Assembly: GCA_016235455.1 (NCBI GenBank)
Contig: JACRKZ010000166.1
Coordinates: 845 to 64,844 of the forward strand
Direction: 5' to 3'
From: Armatimonadota bacterium
Lineage (GTDB): Bacteria; Armatimonadota; UBA10988
Length of the DNA: 64,000 bases
Shown here: positions 9,221 through 18,442 of the stretch, piece by piece
Layout of the letters: each line of letters begins with the position of its first letter
Numbering within the stretch: position 1 is the stretch's first letter
Made by a program: the position numbers and the translations under genes
Notes under the pieces: model-generated
What the model was told of the DNA's origin: nothing
The model's input: only the letters and a program-made list of their open reading frames with translations
Databases searched by the model: none

Positions 9221-11131
9221 CTAGGCGCCCGGCGCGGCTCGGCGCCCGGCGTCGATGACGCCCCGGCGGCGCAACTCGCCCAGCGTCTCGGCGACGAGCG
9301 ACGGCACGTCACGCGAGCCGCTGTCCAGGTGCAGCGCCGGCTGCTCTGGTGCCTCGTACGGCGCCGAGATGCCGGTGAACCCAGGGATCTCGCCGCTGCG
9401 CGCCTTGGCATAGAGCCCCTTGGGGTCGCGCCGTTCGCATTCGGCCAGAGGTGCGTCGACGTAGGCCTCGAGGAAGCGGTCGGCGCCGATGATCTCCCGC
9501 GCGCTGTCACGGTCGGCGCGATAGGGTGAGATGAACGCGGTGATGACGATCAGCCCGGCATCGCAGAACAGCTTGGCCACTTCGGCCAGGCGCCGGATGT
9601 TCTCGGCGCGGTCGGCCGGCGAGAAGCCCAGATCACGGCATAGCCCGTGGCGCAGGTTGTCGCCGTCGAGCACCATGCACGTGTAGCCCAGCGCCACGAG
9701 TTCCTCTTCCAGCGCGTAGGCCACGGTCGACTTGCCGGAGCCGCTGAGGCCGGTCAGCCACAGCGTGGCCGGCTCCTGGCCGAGCAGCGCGGCGCGCTCC
9801 CCGGGGGTCACGCGACCGCGATGGCGGGTGATGTTGCGCGCGGCGCCGCCGCCCGCCACGTGCAGCCGGTCGATGACCATGCCCGCGGCGACGGTGCCAT
9901 TGGTGGTCGGATCGACGAGGATGAAGCTGCCGGTGGCGCGGTTGCGGCTGTACTCATCGCACAGGATCGGTTGGTGCAGGTGCAGCCGCACGCGGCCGAT
10001 CTCGTTCAGCCCCAGCGTGCCCGCCGGCTGGCGATGCAGCGCGTTGGGGTCGATGCGGTACGTGACCTCGCTCACCTCGGCCTTCACCGACCGCGTGGTG
10101 TGCTTGACCAGATAGGGCTGGGCCACGCGCAGCGGCGCCTCGTCCATCCAGACGCAGATGGCTTCGACCTCGCGTGCGGTCCAGGGCAGGTTGCCCGCGC
10201 GCACGATCATGTCGCCCCGCGCGATGTCAATCTCGTCGGCCAGACAGAGCGTCACCGCTTGGGGCCAGAAGGCGTGGTCGACATCGCCCTGCGGCCCGAT
10301 GATGCGCGCCACGCGGCTCCAGCGGCCCGACGGGAGCACCACCACTTCCTCGTCCAGGCGCACCACACCCGAGGCCACCGTCCCGCAGTAGCCGCGGAAC
10401 TCGGCGTTGGGGCGCGAGACATACTGCACGGGGAAGCGGAAATCGATCAGGTTGCCCGTGCCCACCAGCGGCACGCTCTCCAGGTGCCCGAGCAGCGTGG
10501 GCCCGTCGTACCAGGGCATATGCTCGCTGCGGCGCGCCACGTTGTCGCCCAACAGCGCGCTGACGGGGATGAACGTGATGTCGGGACAGCGCAGCTTGGC
10601 CGACCAGGTCAGGTACGCTTCGCGCAGGCGGCAGAACGTGTCCTCCGACCAGTCGACCAGGTCCATCTTGTTGACCGCCACCACCAGGTGCGGGATGCCC
10701 AGCTGGCTGGCGATGAAGCCGTGGCGCTTGCTCTGGGTCAAGACGCCCTGACTGGCGTCCACCAGGATCACCGCCAGATCGGCCGTGGACGAGCCCGTGG
10801 CCATGTTGCGCGTGTACTGCTCGTGGCCCGGCGTGTCGGCGATGATGAAGCGCCGCCGCGGGGTGGAGAAGTGGCGGTAGGCGACGTCGATGGTGATGCG
10901 CTGCTCGCGTTCGGCCTTCAAGCCGTCGGTGACCAAGGCCCAGTCGATCTCCACCTGGCCGTTGCGGGTGGAGGCCGTGCGGACCGCGGCGAGCTGGTCG
11001 TCGTACAGGCCCTGTGCATCGGCCAGCAGCCGCCCGATGAGCGTCGACTTGCCGTCATCGACGCTACCGGCGGTGGCGAATCGCAGCAGGTCGGCGCGCT
11101 GCACCTGAGCTAGCAGGCTGTCCAGGTCCAT
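9221..11131 (-). CDS. cysNC: bifunctional sulfate adenylyltransferase subunit 1 / adenylyl-sulfate kinase (CysN-CysC fusion)
   Basis: ORF 9221..11566. Start re-picked at 'MDLDSLL' (ATG overlapping cysD stop, TGATG). GTP-binding 'GSVDDGKST', 'DTPGHEQY', 'NKMD'. C-terminal APS kinase '[11 protein letters not shown]...[10 protein letters not shown]'. Confidence 0.9.
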   Translation of the reverse strand: MDLDSLLAQVQRADLLRFATAGSVDDGKSTLIGRLLADAQGLYDDQLAAVRTASTRNGQVEIDWALVTDGLKAEREQRITIDVAYRHFSTPRRRFIIADTPGHEQYTRNMATGSSTADLAVILVDASQGVLTQSKRHGFIASQLGIPHLVVAVNKMDLVDWSEDTFCRLREAYLTWSAKLRCPDITFIPVSALLGDNVARRSEHMPWYDGPTLLGHLESVPLVGTGNLIDFRFPVQYVSRPNAEFRGYCGTVASGVVRLDEEVVVLPSGRWSRVARIIGPQGDVDHAFWPQAVTLCLADEIDIARGDMIVRAGNLPWTAREVEAICVWMDEAPLRVAQPYLVKHTTRSVKAEVSEVTYRIDPNALHRQPAGTLGLNEIGRVRLHLHQPILCDEYSRNRATGSFILVDPTTNGTVAAGMVIDRLHVAGGGAARNITRHRGRVTPGERAALLGQEPATLWLTGLSGSGKSTVAYALEEELVALGYTCMVLDGDNLRHGLCRDLGFSPADRAENIRRLAEVAKLFCDAGLIVITAFISPYRADRDSAREIIGADRFLEAYVDAPLAECERRDPKGLYAKARSGEIPGFTGISAPYEAPEQPALHLDSGSRDVPSLVAETLGELRRRGVIDAGRRAAPGA

Positions 11132-12090
11132 CAGAAGTAACCCTCGCGCTTCTTCTGCTCCATGGAGGCGTCCTGGTCGTGGTCGATGACGCGCGTGGTG
11201 CGCTCCGACTGCTTGGCTGCCATCATTTCCGCGACGATGGCCTCCAGCGTGTCGGCGGTCGACTCGACCACGCCGGTACACGGATGGCAGCCTAGGGTGC
11301 GGCAGCGGCAGACCACCGGCTCGGGCTGCTCGCCGGGCAGCAGGCGCGTGTCGGCGTAGACCGGGATGAGCTGGCCAGCGCGCCTCACTACCGGTCGCTC
11401 GGCGGCGAAGTAGAGGGGCACCACCTCGATCTGCTCGCGGTGGATGTAGAGCCAGATGTCCAGCTCGGTCCAGTTGGACAGCGGGAAGACGCGGATGGAC
11501 TCGCCCTGGCCCACGCGGCCGTTGTAGAGGTTCCACAGCTCGGGCCGCTGGTTGCGCGGGTCCCACTGGCCGAACCGGTCGCGGAACGAGTAGACCCGCT
11601 CCTTGGCGCGGGAGCGCTCCTCCTCGCGCCGCGCGCCGCCGAAGGCCGCATCGTAGCCACCCGCCGCCAGGGCGTTGAGCAGCGCCTGGGTCTTGAGCTG
11701 CGCGCAGCAGCGCACGGTGCCCAGGTCATAGGGGTTGGCGCCGCCGGCGATGGCCTCCTCGTGGCGATAGACCCGCAGCTCGACGCCCGCCTCGGCGCAC
11801 ACGCGGTCGCGGAAGGCCAGCATCTCGGGGAACTTGAGGCCGGTATCGACATGCAGCAGCGGGAAGGGCACGCGGCCCGGCGCAAAGGCCTTCTGGGCCA
11901 GCCGCAGCATGACCGAGGAGTCTTTGCCGACCGAATAGAGCATCACCGGCCGCTCGAACTCGGCGGCCACCTCGCGCAGGATGTGAATGCTCTCGGCCTC
12001 GAGCTGGTCCAAGGTCGACAGACGCAAGGGTTCGACCAGCACTAGCACGGCTCCTAGGTCAGTACAGGAGTCTAGGACTCGCGCGCGCAA
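11131..12090 (-). CDS. cysD: sulfate adenylyltransferase subunit 2
   Basis: Near full-length colinear similarity to E. coli CysD ('[33 protein letters not shown]', '[21 protein letters not shown]', C-terminal 'KKREGYF'). The true start is probably an internal GTG (~12048) rather than the TTG at 12090. Confidence 0.9.
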   Translation of the reverse strand: MRARVLDSCTDLGAVLVLVEPLRLSTLDQLEAESIHILREVAAEFERPVMLYSVGKDSSVMLRLAQKAFAPGRVPFPLLHVDTGLKFPEMLAFRDRVCAEAGVELRVYRHEEAIAGGANPYDLGTVRCCAQLKTQALLNALAAGGYDAAFGGARREEERSRAKERVYSFRDRFGQWDPRNQRPELWNLYNGRVGQGESIRVFPLSNWTELDIWLYIHREQIEVVPLYFAAERPVVRRAGQLIPVYADTRLLPGEQPEPVVCRCRTLGCHPCTGVVESTADTLEAIVAEMMAAKQSERTTRVIDHDQDASMEQKKREGYF

Positions 12091-12096
12091 GCGAAC

Positions 12097-13011
12097 TTGA
12101 CGATGGGGTCAAACTCTAGCACAATCAGGCCAAGAGGAAGCGACGTGCCGCGCGACCAGGTCATCACACGCGACGAGTACTTCGAGCCGGGCCGTCTGCC
12201 GCTGGCCGTGCTGCGTGTCTCGGGTCACCGGCCGACCGCGGTGCATCGGCATGAGTTCTCGGAGCTGGTGGTGGTCTTCCGCGGTCGTGGGCGCCATGTC
12301 ACCGACTCGGGCAACTGGCCGATTCGCGCCGGCGACGTGTTTGTGCTCCATGGCGACCAGGCCCACGGCTACGAGAACACCGACGATCTCGACCTGGCCA
12401 ACATCCTCTTCAGCCTCGACGAACTGCCGCTGCCGCGGGTGGATCTGGGCGCGCTGCCTGGCTACCACGCGCTGTTCGACCTGGAACCGCGCTACCGCTC
12501 GCGCGACGGCTTCGACAGCCGCCTGCGCCTGGGACCCGAGCCGCTGCGCGCGGTGGCGGCGCTGGTCGACCGCCTGGCCGACGAGCTGCGCAGCCGCGAG
12601 CCGGGCTCCGGCTTCGCCAGTCTAGCCACGTTCATGCTGCTGGTGGCCGAGCTGAGCCGGCACTACACCAGCGACCCGCCGCCGGCGGCTCAGCCCCTGC
12701 TCGACCTGGGCCGCGTGGTCAGCTACCTCGAGCAGCATTTCGACGACGAGATCACGCTCGACAGCCTGGCCAAGATGGCCTGCCTGTCGCGCCGCTCGTT
12801 GACCCGCGCCTTCCGTGGCGCGTACGGCTGCTCACCCATCGATCACCTCATCCGGCTGCGCGTGGCGCGAGCCGCGGTGCTGCTCGAGGATCCTCGACTG
12901 AGCATCACCGAGATCGCCGGACGCACCGGGTTCGGCGATGGCAACTACCTGGCGCGTGTGTTCCGTCGGCAGATGGGTTGCACCCCGTCGGCGTACCGGC
13001 GGATGCGATAG
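12097..13011 (+). CDS. AraC-family transcriptional regulator (cupin sensor domain + C-terminal HTH)
   Basis: C-terminal '[33 protein letters not shown]' AraC HTH. N-terminal cupin '[14 protein letters not shown]'. The annotated TTG start is only 6 bp from the cysD start, so the real start is likely the GTG near 12146. Confidence 0.8.
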   Translation: MTMGSNSSTIRPRGSDVPRDQVITRDEYFEPGRLPLAVLRVSGHRPTAVHRHEFSELVVVFRGRGRHVTDSGNWPIRAGDVFVLHGDQAHGYENTDDLDLANILFSLDELPLPRVDLGALPGYHALFDLEPRYRSRDGFDSRLRLGPEPLRAVAALVDRLADELRSREPGSGFASLATFMLLVAELSRHYTSDPPPAAQPLLDLGRVVSYLEQHFDDEITLDSLAKMACLSRRSLTRAFRGAYGCSPIDHLIRLRVARAAVLLEDPRLSITEIAGRTGFGDGNYLARVFRRQMGCTPSAYRRMR

Positions 13012-13019
13012 CACGGGAG

Positions 13020-13898
13020 ATGGCGATGCGCGTGGCCCCAGTGGTTCTGCTCCTGCTGGCCAGCGCCGCGCTGGCCGCGCCCGACGACGGGCGCCGACTG
13101 CTGTTTGCCTGCGAAGGGCAGCACCGGATCGTCGAGTTCGGCCCCGACGGCGGCGTGGTCTGGGAGTACCCGGCCGAGATGGCACGCGATGTCTGGCGGT
13201 TGCCCAACGGCAACACGCTGTTCTGCTACAACGATGCCTACGACGGTGGCAACAGCAACCCCAGCGGCGTGATGGAGGTCACGCCCGACAAGCGCGTGGT
13301 CTTCAGGTTCGGCACCACCGGCCAGGTCTGGAGCTGCCAGCGCCTGGCTGACGGCACCACACTGGTCGGCGCCGCCAGCCAGGGCAAGCTGCTCATCGTC
13401 GGACCCGACAGCGCGCTGGTTCGGTCCATCGCCCTCAAGGGCGCGCCCGGCCATAGCTGTTTGCGCAACGCCCGGCAGATCGAGGGCGGGCACTTCCTGG
13501 TGGCCGAGGAGGGATCGCGGGCCGTGCGCGAGTATGCGGCCGACGGCGCGCTGCTGCGCGAGATCACCGTCGACTTCCCACCTTACTCAGCGGTACGACT
13601 GGCCAACGGCAACACACTCGCTTGCGGACAAGGCAAGATGGTCGAGGTCGACGCCACCGAGCAGGTGGTCTGGTCGCTGACCGCCGCAGACGTGGCCGAC
13701 CTGGGCGTTCGCTGGTTCTCTGGGCTGCAGGCGCTGCCGGACGGTCGGGTCCTGGTGTCGAACGCCGGCGGCAAGGTGCCGTTCTTCGAGGTCGACCGTG
13801 CCAAGCAGGTCAGCTGGCGCTGGCCGGCCGACGCGCCGACGGTGGCAATGGGCCATGGCGTGCAGCGTCTGGACGTGGCGGGCGCGCCGATACGCTAG
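13020..13898 (+). CDS. secreted beta-propeller repeat protein (repeated 'NGNTL'/'DGRVL' blades; ASST/PQQ-like fold), function unknown
   Basis: ORF 12978..13898; start at 'MAMRVAPVVLLLLASAALAAP' signal peptide. 5-6 repeats 'LPNGNTLFCY', 'LADGTTLVGAASQG', 'LANGNTLACGQG', 'LPDGRVLVSNAG'. Confidence 0.55.
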   Translation: MAMRVAPVVLLLLASAALAAPDDGRRLLFACEGQHRIVEFGPDGGVVWEYPAEMARDVWRLPNGNTLFCYNDAYDGGNSNPSGVMEVTPDKRVVFRFGTTGQVWSCQRLADGTTLVGAASQGKLLIVGPDSALVRSIALKGAPGHSCLRNARQIEGGHFLVAEEGSRAVREYAADGALLREITVDFPPYSAVRLANGNTLACGQGKMVEVDATEQVVWSLTAADVADLGVRWFSGLQALPDGRVLVSNAGGKVPFFEVDRAKQVSWRWPADAPTVAMGHGVQRLDVAGAPIR

Positions 13899-13914
13899 AG
13901 CCGAGGAGGTACAC

Positions 13915-15411
13915 ATGACCGCGCTCCTGATGACCGCGCTGTTGCTGGCGCCGGGCGATGCTGACCGCTGGACGGCGGAGCAGGCCTGGTCATGGTACAT
14001 GGCTCGGCCGTGGCTGGTTGGCTGCAACTACGTGCCCGCCACGGCGGTGAACGACGTGGCGATGTGGCAGGCGGCCACGTTCGATGCCAAGACCATTGAC
14101 CGCGAACTGGGCCTGGCGCAGGACCTGGGCTTCAACACTGTGCGCGTGTTCCTCAACTACGTGGTGTGGGAGGACAACCCCGTCGCGCTCAAGGCCAACT
14201 TCGGCCAGTTCCTGACGCTTGCCGACAAACACGGGCTGGTGACGCTGCCCATCCTGTTCGATGATTGTTTCAAGCCCGAGCCGCGCGTGGGCCCCCAGGA
14301 GGCACCGGAGCCGGGGGTCCACAACAGCCAGTGGGTGCAGAGCCCCGGCGCCAGCCGTCGCGACAACCGCGCCGCCTGGCCCAAGCTCGAGCAGTACGTC
14401 AAGGACTTGGTCGGCACGTTCGCCGCGGACCCGCGCGTGCTGGCCTGGGAGCTGTACAACGAGCCCACCGCTTCGCTGCCGTTGGTGGAGGCGGCTTTCG
14501 GCTGGGCTCGCGCCGCCAAGCCGAGCCAGCCGCTGACCACGACCGTCTACGGCGATGAGGCCATGCAGAGGCGCATCGCCGCCTTGTCCGACGTGCTGAG
14601 CTTCCACAACTACGGCCCGCTGCCCGAGGTCACCGACCAGGCCGCGAGGCTGCTGGCCCAAGGCCGGCCCGTGCTCTGCACCGAATGGCTGGCGCGCGGG
14701 GTGGGCAGTCAGGTCGAGAGCCATCTGCCGTACTTCCGCGAGAACAAGGTCGCCTGCTGGAACTGGGGCTTGGTGGCCGGCCGCACGCAGACCATGTACC
14801 CCTGGGGCTCACCCAAGGGCGCGCCGGAGCCGGCGGTGTGGCACCATGACCTGTTGCGGCCCGACGGCACGCCGTACAGCAAGCGTGAGGTGCAGGTGAT
14901 CAAGGTGGTCACCGGCCGGTTGCCGGCCAGCGCGGTGCCGGTGCGCACCGTGCTGGTGGCCACCGCCGAGCGCACGCCGCAGCCGTGGCGCTTCACCTTG
15001 GCCCAGCCGGCTGCCGACTGGTTCAGCCCGACCTTCGCCGACACCGGCTGGCAGCTCGGCGCGGCGCCGTTCGGCACGGAGGAGGCCCGCTATGCCCGTC
15101 GGCCAATGACGATCTGGACCACGCCGGACATCTGGTTGCGGCGTGCGTTCACGCTGCCCGAAGGCGGCTGGGGCGAGCCGGTGGTCGTCTGCCACCATGA
15201 TGAGGACGTGGAGGTCTACCTGAACGGCGTGCTGGCGGCGCGCCTCCCCGGCTACAACGCGACCTACGACCGCTTCGACATCGCGCCAGCGGCGCGCGCC
15301 GCATTGCGGCCCGGGCGCAACCTGCTGGCTGTGCACTGCCGCCAGACCCGCGGTGGGCAGTATGTGGATGTGGGCATCGAGGGCGAGCCGCCCTCCAACG
15401 CGCCGCGCTAG
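13915..15411 (+). CDS. glycoside hydrolase, GH5-like (clan GH-A) catalytic domain + C-terminal galactose-binding-like beta-sandwich
   Basis: ORF 13798..15411; ATG 13915 preceded by 'gaggaggt' SD. 'WLVGCNYVP', acid/base 'WELYNEPT', nucleophile region 'PVLCTEWLARG'. Paralogous to both halves of 33137..35590. Confidence 0.75.
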   Translation: MTALLMTALLLAPGDADRWTAEQAWSWYMARPWLVGCNYVPATAVNDVAMWQAATFDAKTIDRELGLAQDLGFNTVRVFLNYVVWEDNPVALKANFGQFLTLADKHGLVTLPILFDDCFKPEPRVGPQEAPEPGVHNSQWVQSPGASRRDNRAAWPKLEQYVKDLVGTFAADPRVLAWELYNEPTASLPLVEAAFGWARAAKPSQPLTTTVYGDEAMQRRIAALSDVLSFHNYGPLPEVTDQAARLLAQGRPVLCTEWLARGVGSQVESHLPYFRENKVACWNWGLVAGRTQTMYPWGSPKGAPEPAVWHHDLLRPDGTPYSKREVQVIKVVTGRLPASAVPVRTVLVATAERTPQPWRFTLAQPAADWFSPTFADTGWQLGAAPFGTEEARYARRPMTIWTTPDIWLRRAFTLPEGGWGEPVVVCHHDEDVEVYLNGVLAARLPGYNATYDRFDIAPAARAALRPGRNLLAVHCRQTRGGQYVDVGIEGEPPSNAPR

Positions 15412-15412
15412 C

Positions 15413-15802
15413 TCAGCCCACCATCGGCTGTGCGCGCTTGACCAGCTGGATGGCGAAGCCGAACGGGTCGCGCATCATGCAGATCACATCGCCGCTGGGA
15501 ATGGTGCGGGCAGCTTCCTGCACTTCGGCACCGGCGGCCAGCAGGCGATCGCGCTCGGCTTCCACATCCTCGACGCTGAAGGCGATGTGCAGCACCAGCG
15601 GGTTCTGCTCGCGGTAGTCGGGCAGCGGCGCGGTGGGGTTGCAGTAGAACTCGACCATCACCTGGCCCGAGGCGTCGGCCAGGAAGGTGGTGTACGGCGG
15701 CTCGGGTTGGGCGCGCCGCACCTGGAAGCCGAGGTGCTTCGTGTACCACTCGGCGACCGCTTGGGGATCGGCCACCTGATAGCCGACGTGTTCGATACGC
15801 AT
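15413..15802 (-). CDS. VOC/glyoxalase-family protein
   Basis: ORF 15413..16018, start re-picked at 'MRIEHVGYQVAD'. Glyoxalase fold motifs 'HIAFSVEDVE', 'GFAIQLV'. Confidence 0.7.
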   Translation of the reverse strand: MRIEHVGYQVADPQAVAEWYTKHLGFQVRRAQPEPPYTTFLADASGQVMVEFYCNPTAPLPDYREQNPLVLHIAFSVEDVEAERDRLLAAGAEVQEAARTIPSGDVICMMRDPFGFAIQLVKRAQPMVG

Positions 15803-15870
15803 GGTTACGTCTCCGGAAACAGCCAGGCCGACCCCACGGGCCGGCCTGGCGCGATCAGCCTGGCTGACAC

Positions 15871-16791
15871 CTACTTGGGCTTCTGCTTGTCGGCTTCGGG
15901 CTGGAAGCGCTCGATGAGCCCTTGGATCTGCTCGGCGTTGTCGCTCTTGGGGTCCACCGCGAGAGCCTTCTTGAGCAGGGCCACAAGCCCGACGAAGTCC
16001 TTGGTGTTGAAGAAGCATTCGCCCTCTTCGAGCATGGCCTGCTGCTTCTGCTCAGCGGTCACGCCGTCGAGCTTGGCGGCCTTCTCGAAGGCGGCCTTGG
16101 CCTCTTCGTTCTTGTCCGCGGCCAGCAGCGCGCGCGCGGCGTCCATGGCGGCCCGGTAGGCGTACTTCTTCTTCAGGCCGGCCTTGCCATCGGCGTCGAG
16201 CTTGACGATCTCCGCGGAATAGGCGGGGATGTCCTCGGTGCCCACTTCGAGCGCGTCCAATGCGGTCACCACCTGGTCGAGCAGCTTGGCGCGCTCGACG
16301 CCCTTGGCGGCGTCAGCCTTGGTCTTAAGGTCTTTGACGTCCTTGGCCGCCTTGACCAGTTCGCCCAGGTGCGCGATGTACTTCTCGGGGCCGCCCTCCT
16401 GATAGCCGGTCTTGGCCACGGCCTTGCCCTCGGCGTCGAGCAGCAGGATGGTCGGGAAGCCCTCAATCTTGAACTGCGCCTGCAGCTTCTCGTTCTGGGC
16501 CTTGAGCGGCGCGGGCAGCTCCTTCTTGTTGGGGAAGTCCAGCTCCAACAGCACGAAGCTCTTGGGCGCGGCGGCCTTGAACTCGTCCTTGTCGAAGACT
16601 TCGCCCTTGAGCTTGATGCACCAGCCGCACCAGTCCGAGCCGGTGAAGTCGGCTAGGATCAGCTTACCGTCGGCCTTGGCCCGGGTCTTGGCGGCCTCAA
16701 AATCGGTGATCCACAGGCTCTCTTCGGCCAATGCCGGCAACACCAGCACACCGAGCAGCAGCAAGAGCGAAGCGAGAGAACGTTGTCGCAT
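15871..16791 (-). CDS. secreted thioredoxin-like protein (WCGWC active site) with Lys/Ala-rich TPR-like C-terminal domain
   Basis: ORF 15871..17349, start at 'MRQRSLASLLLLLGVLVLPALA' signal. 'FTGSDWCGWCIKL' CxxC thioredoxin motif. Confidence 0.75.
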   Translation of the reverse strand: MRQRSLASLLLLLGVLVLPALAEESLWITDFEAAKTRAKADGKLILADFTGSDWCGWCIKLKGEVFDKDEFKAAAPKSFVLLELDFPNKKELPAPLKAQNEKLQAQFKIEGFPTILLLDAEGKAVAKTGYQEGGPEKYIAHLGELVKAAKDVKDLKTKADAAKGVERAKLLDQVVTALDALEVGTEDIPAYSAEIVKLDADGKAGLKKKYAYRAAMDAARALLAADKNEEAKAAFEKAAKLDGVTAEQKQQAMLEEGECFFNTKDFVGLVALLKKALAVDPKSDNAEQIQGLIERFQPEADKQKPK

Positions 16792-17014
16792 ACGGGTCAC
16801 TCCATGGCCCAGGCAGCGGCCCGAGCGGCTGGTAGAGCATACACTGCGGCGCACACCGGGCACAAGGGCGGGATGTGACCGGCCAGTGATCCGTGTGGGT
16901 ACGACGCGGCCGCCCTGGCACCGGCTCGTCGCCACGCCGGGGCCCCCTCGCCGCCGTGCCGCACCCCGGTTCGGCCAACTCGCGACTGGTTCGACGGCAG
17001 ACCCAGAAAAGGCC

Positions 17015-17043
17015 TTGACGGCCCGCGTCACTCGTACGATAAT
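17015..17043 (+). promoter_or_regulatory. sigma70-like promoter (TTGACG -17 nt- GATAAT) placing the transcription start site at or near the arsR ATG (leaderless mRNA)
   Basis: -35 TTGACG at 17015, 17-nt spacer, -10 GATAAT ending 17043. The arsR ATG is at 17050. Confidence 0.4.
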
Positions 17044-17049
17044 ACGTGC

Positions 17050-17412
17050 ATGGGTGTGCAACTGGACAAACAGGAGACGCAGGAGCCGGAGGGCACGACG
17101 GGCGGTTGCGGCTGCATGACAGGCATGCCCGACGCGCGGTTCTTCAAGGCGTTGTGCGAGCCGACGCGGCTGCGTATCCTGGCGGTGCTGCTCGAGGCGG
17201 GCGCGCCGCGCGCCGTGTCGGATATCGCCCAGGGGTTCGACGTCGATGTGTCGGTGGTCTCCCGGCATCTGGCGATGCTGCGTGACCAGCGGATCCTCAC
17301 CGCCACGCGCCAGGGACGCGAGATCTACTACAGCGTCGACCATGCGCATCTGGTGGCGGCGCTACGCGACTTCGCCGCCGCCATCGAGGTCTGCTGCCCG
17401 CCTTCGGGCTGA
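17050..17412 (+). CDS. arsR: ArsR/SmtB-family metalloregulatory repressor
   Basis: HTH 'CEPTRLRILAVLLEAGAPRAVSDIAQGFDVDVSVVSRHLAMLRDQRIL'. Cys pairs at the N-terminus ('GGCGCMTG') and C-terminus ('EVCCPPSG'). Confidence 0.8.
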   Translation: MGVQLDKQETQEPEGTTGGCGCMTGMPDARFFKALCEPTRLRILAVLLEAGAPRAVSDIAQGFDVDVSVVSRHLAMLRDQRILTATRQGREIYYSVDHAHLVAALRDFAAAIEVCCPPSG

Positions 17413-17464
17413 TCAAGGCACAGCTTGGTCCCGTGCGCCCATCGTGTGCGCAAAGACATGCATA

Positions 17465-17480
17465 TGTGCACAATTGCACA
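17465..17480. promoter_or_regulatory. dyad TGTGCA-caat-TGCACA in the low-GC arsR-arsM spacer; candidate ArsR operator
   Basis: Perfect 6-bp inverted arms with 4-bp spacer in an AT-richer 130-bp gap immediately upstream of arsM. Confidence 0.3.
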
Positions 17481-17541
17481 GACATACCATTCAGAGCGGC
17501 CGCGTCGGCGAGGAAGCCGGCGCGGCAGGAAGGGAAGACCG

Positions 17542-18396
17542 ATGAGTGAGAAGCAGAGCGTGGTAGACGCCGATGCCGTCCGGACCTCCGTGGCGGAGTC
17601 CTACACGGCGCGTGTGGCGCAGGCGGGCGGCTGCGGTTGCGGCTGTGGTGACAGCGGCGCGAAGTCGGCGGGCTACACCGCGGACGACCTGAGCCGGGTG
17701 CCCGAGAGCGCCGCGGTGCCGTCGTTCGGGTGTGGCAACCCGCTGGCCTTCAGCGAGGTGCGGCCGGGCCAGACGGTGCTTGATCTGGGCTCCGGGGCTG
17801 GCCTGGATCTGCTCATCGCCGCGGAGAAGGTCGGCCCCGAGGGCCGGGTGATCGGCGTCGACATGACCGAGGCCATGGTCGACCGCGCGCGGCGCAATGT
17901 GGCGGCTGCCGGGCTGGGGCAGGTGGAGGTCAGGCAGGGCCTGATCGAAGCGCTGCCCGTGGAATCGGGCAGCGTCGACTGGGTCATCTCCAACTGCGTG
18001 ATCAACCTCTCCCCGGAGAAGGAGCGCGTGTTTGCCGAGATCGCCCGCGTGCTGCGGCCGGGCGGGCGGATGCTGGTCTCGGACATCGTGGCGGAGAACC
18101 TGCCGGAGTGGCTGCGGGCCAGCGTAGCGGCCCACGCCGCGTGCGTGGGCGGGGCGCTCAGCGAGGCGGAGTACCTGGCGGGGTTGCGGGCGGCCGGCCT
18201 GACCGAGGTGGCCGTGATCGGGCGGCATGACTTCGGCGAGCAGGAGTTGCGGGCCGTCGCGGCGTCCGAGGGGCTGGCGTCATTGGACACGGGCGGCGCT
18301 GGTGCGGCGTCCGTCGACGACGTCCTGGCCACGCCGGGCCTGAACGTGGCCAGCATCAAGGTCAGCGCTCGCAAGCCGAGTTGCTGCTCGGGCTAA
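17542..18396 (+). CDS. arsM: arsenite S-adenosylmethionine methyltransferase
   Basis: ORF 17425..18396; ATG 17542 after 'aagggaag' SD. 'FGCGNP', SAM motif 'VLDLGSGAGLD', conserved Cys in 'VISNCVINLS' and 'AAHAACVGG'. Cys-rich N-terminus 'GGCGCGCGD'. Confidence 0.85.
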   Translation: MSEKQSVVDADAVRTSVAESYTARVAQAGGCGCGCGDSGAKSAGYTADDLSRVPESAAVPSFGCGNPLAFSEVRPGQTVLDLGSGAGLDLLIAAEKVGPEGRVIGVDMTEAMVDRARRNVAAAGLGQVEVRQGLIEALPVESGSVDWVISNCVINLSPEKERVFAEIARVLRPGGRMLVSDIVAENLPEWLRASVAAHAACVGGALSEAEYLAGLRAAGLTEVAVIGRHDFGEQELRAVAASEGLASLDTGGAGAASVDDVLATPGLNVASIKVSARKPSCCSG

Positions 18397-18442
18397 CCGA
18401 AGGCTGTGAGCACGGCTCGGTGCGTGCTGCGCCGGGCCGTGC

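Noticed and set aside
12090-12097. 6-bp intergenic distance between divergent cysD and araC-family starts
   Set aside because: Physically implausible for two promoters. It is an artefact of the ORF caller taking the longest TTG-initiated frames. Internal GTG starts are proposed instead.
15409-15415. Convergent GH5-like and VOC genes with stops 1 nt apart (TAGCTCA)
   Set aside because: Tight convergent packing is common in compact high-GC genomes. No additional feature is evident here.
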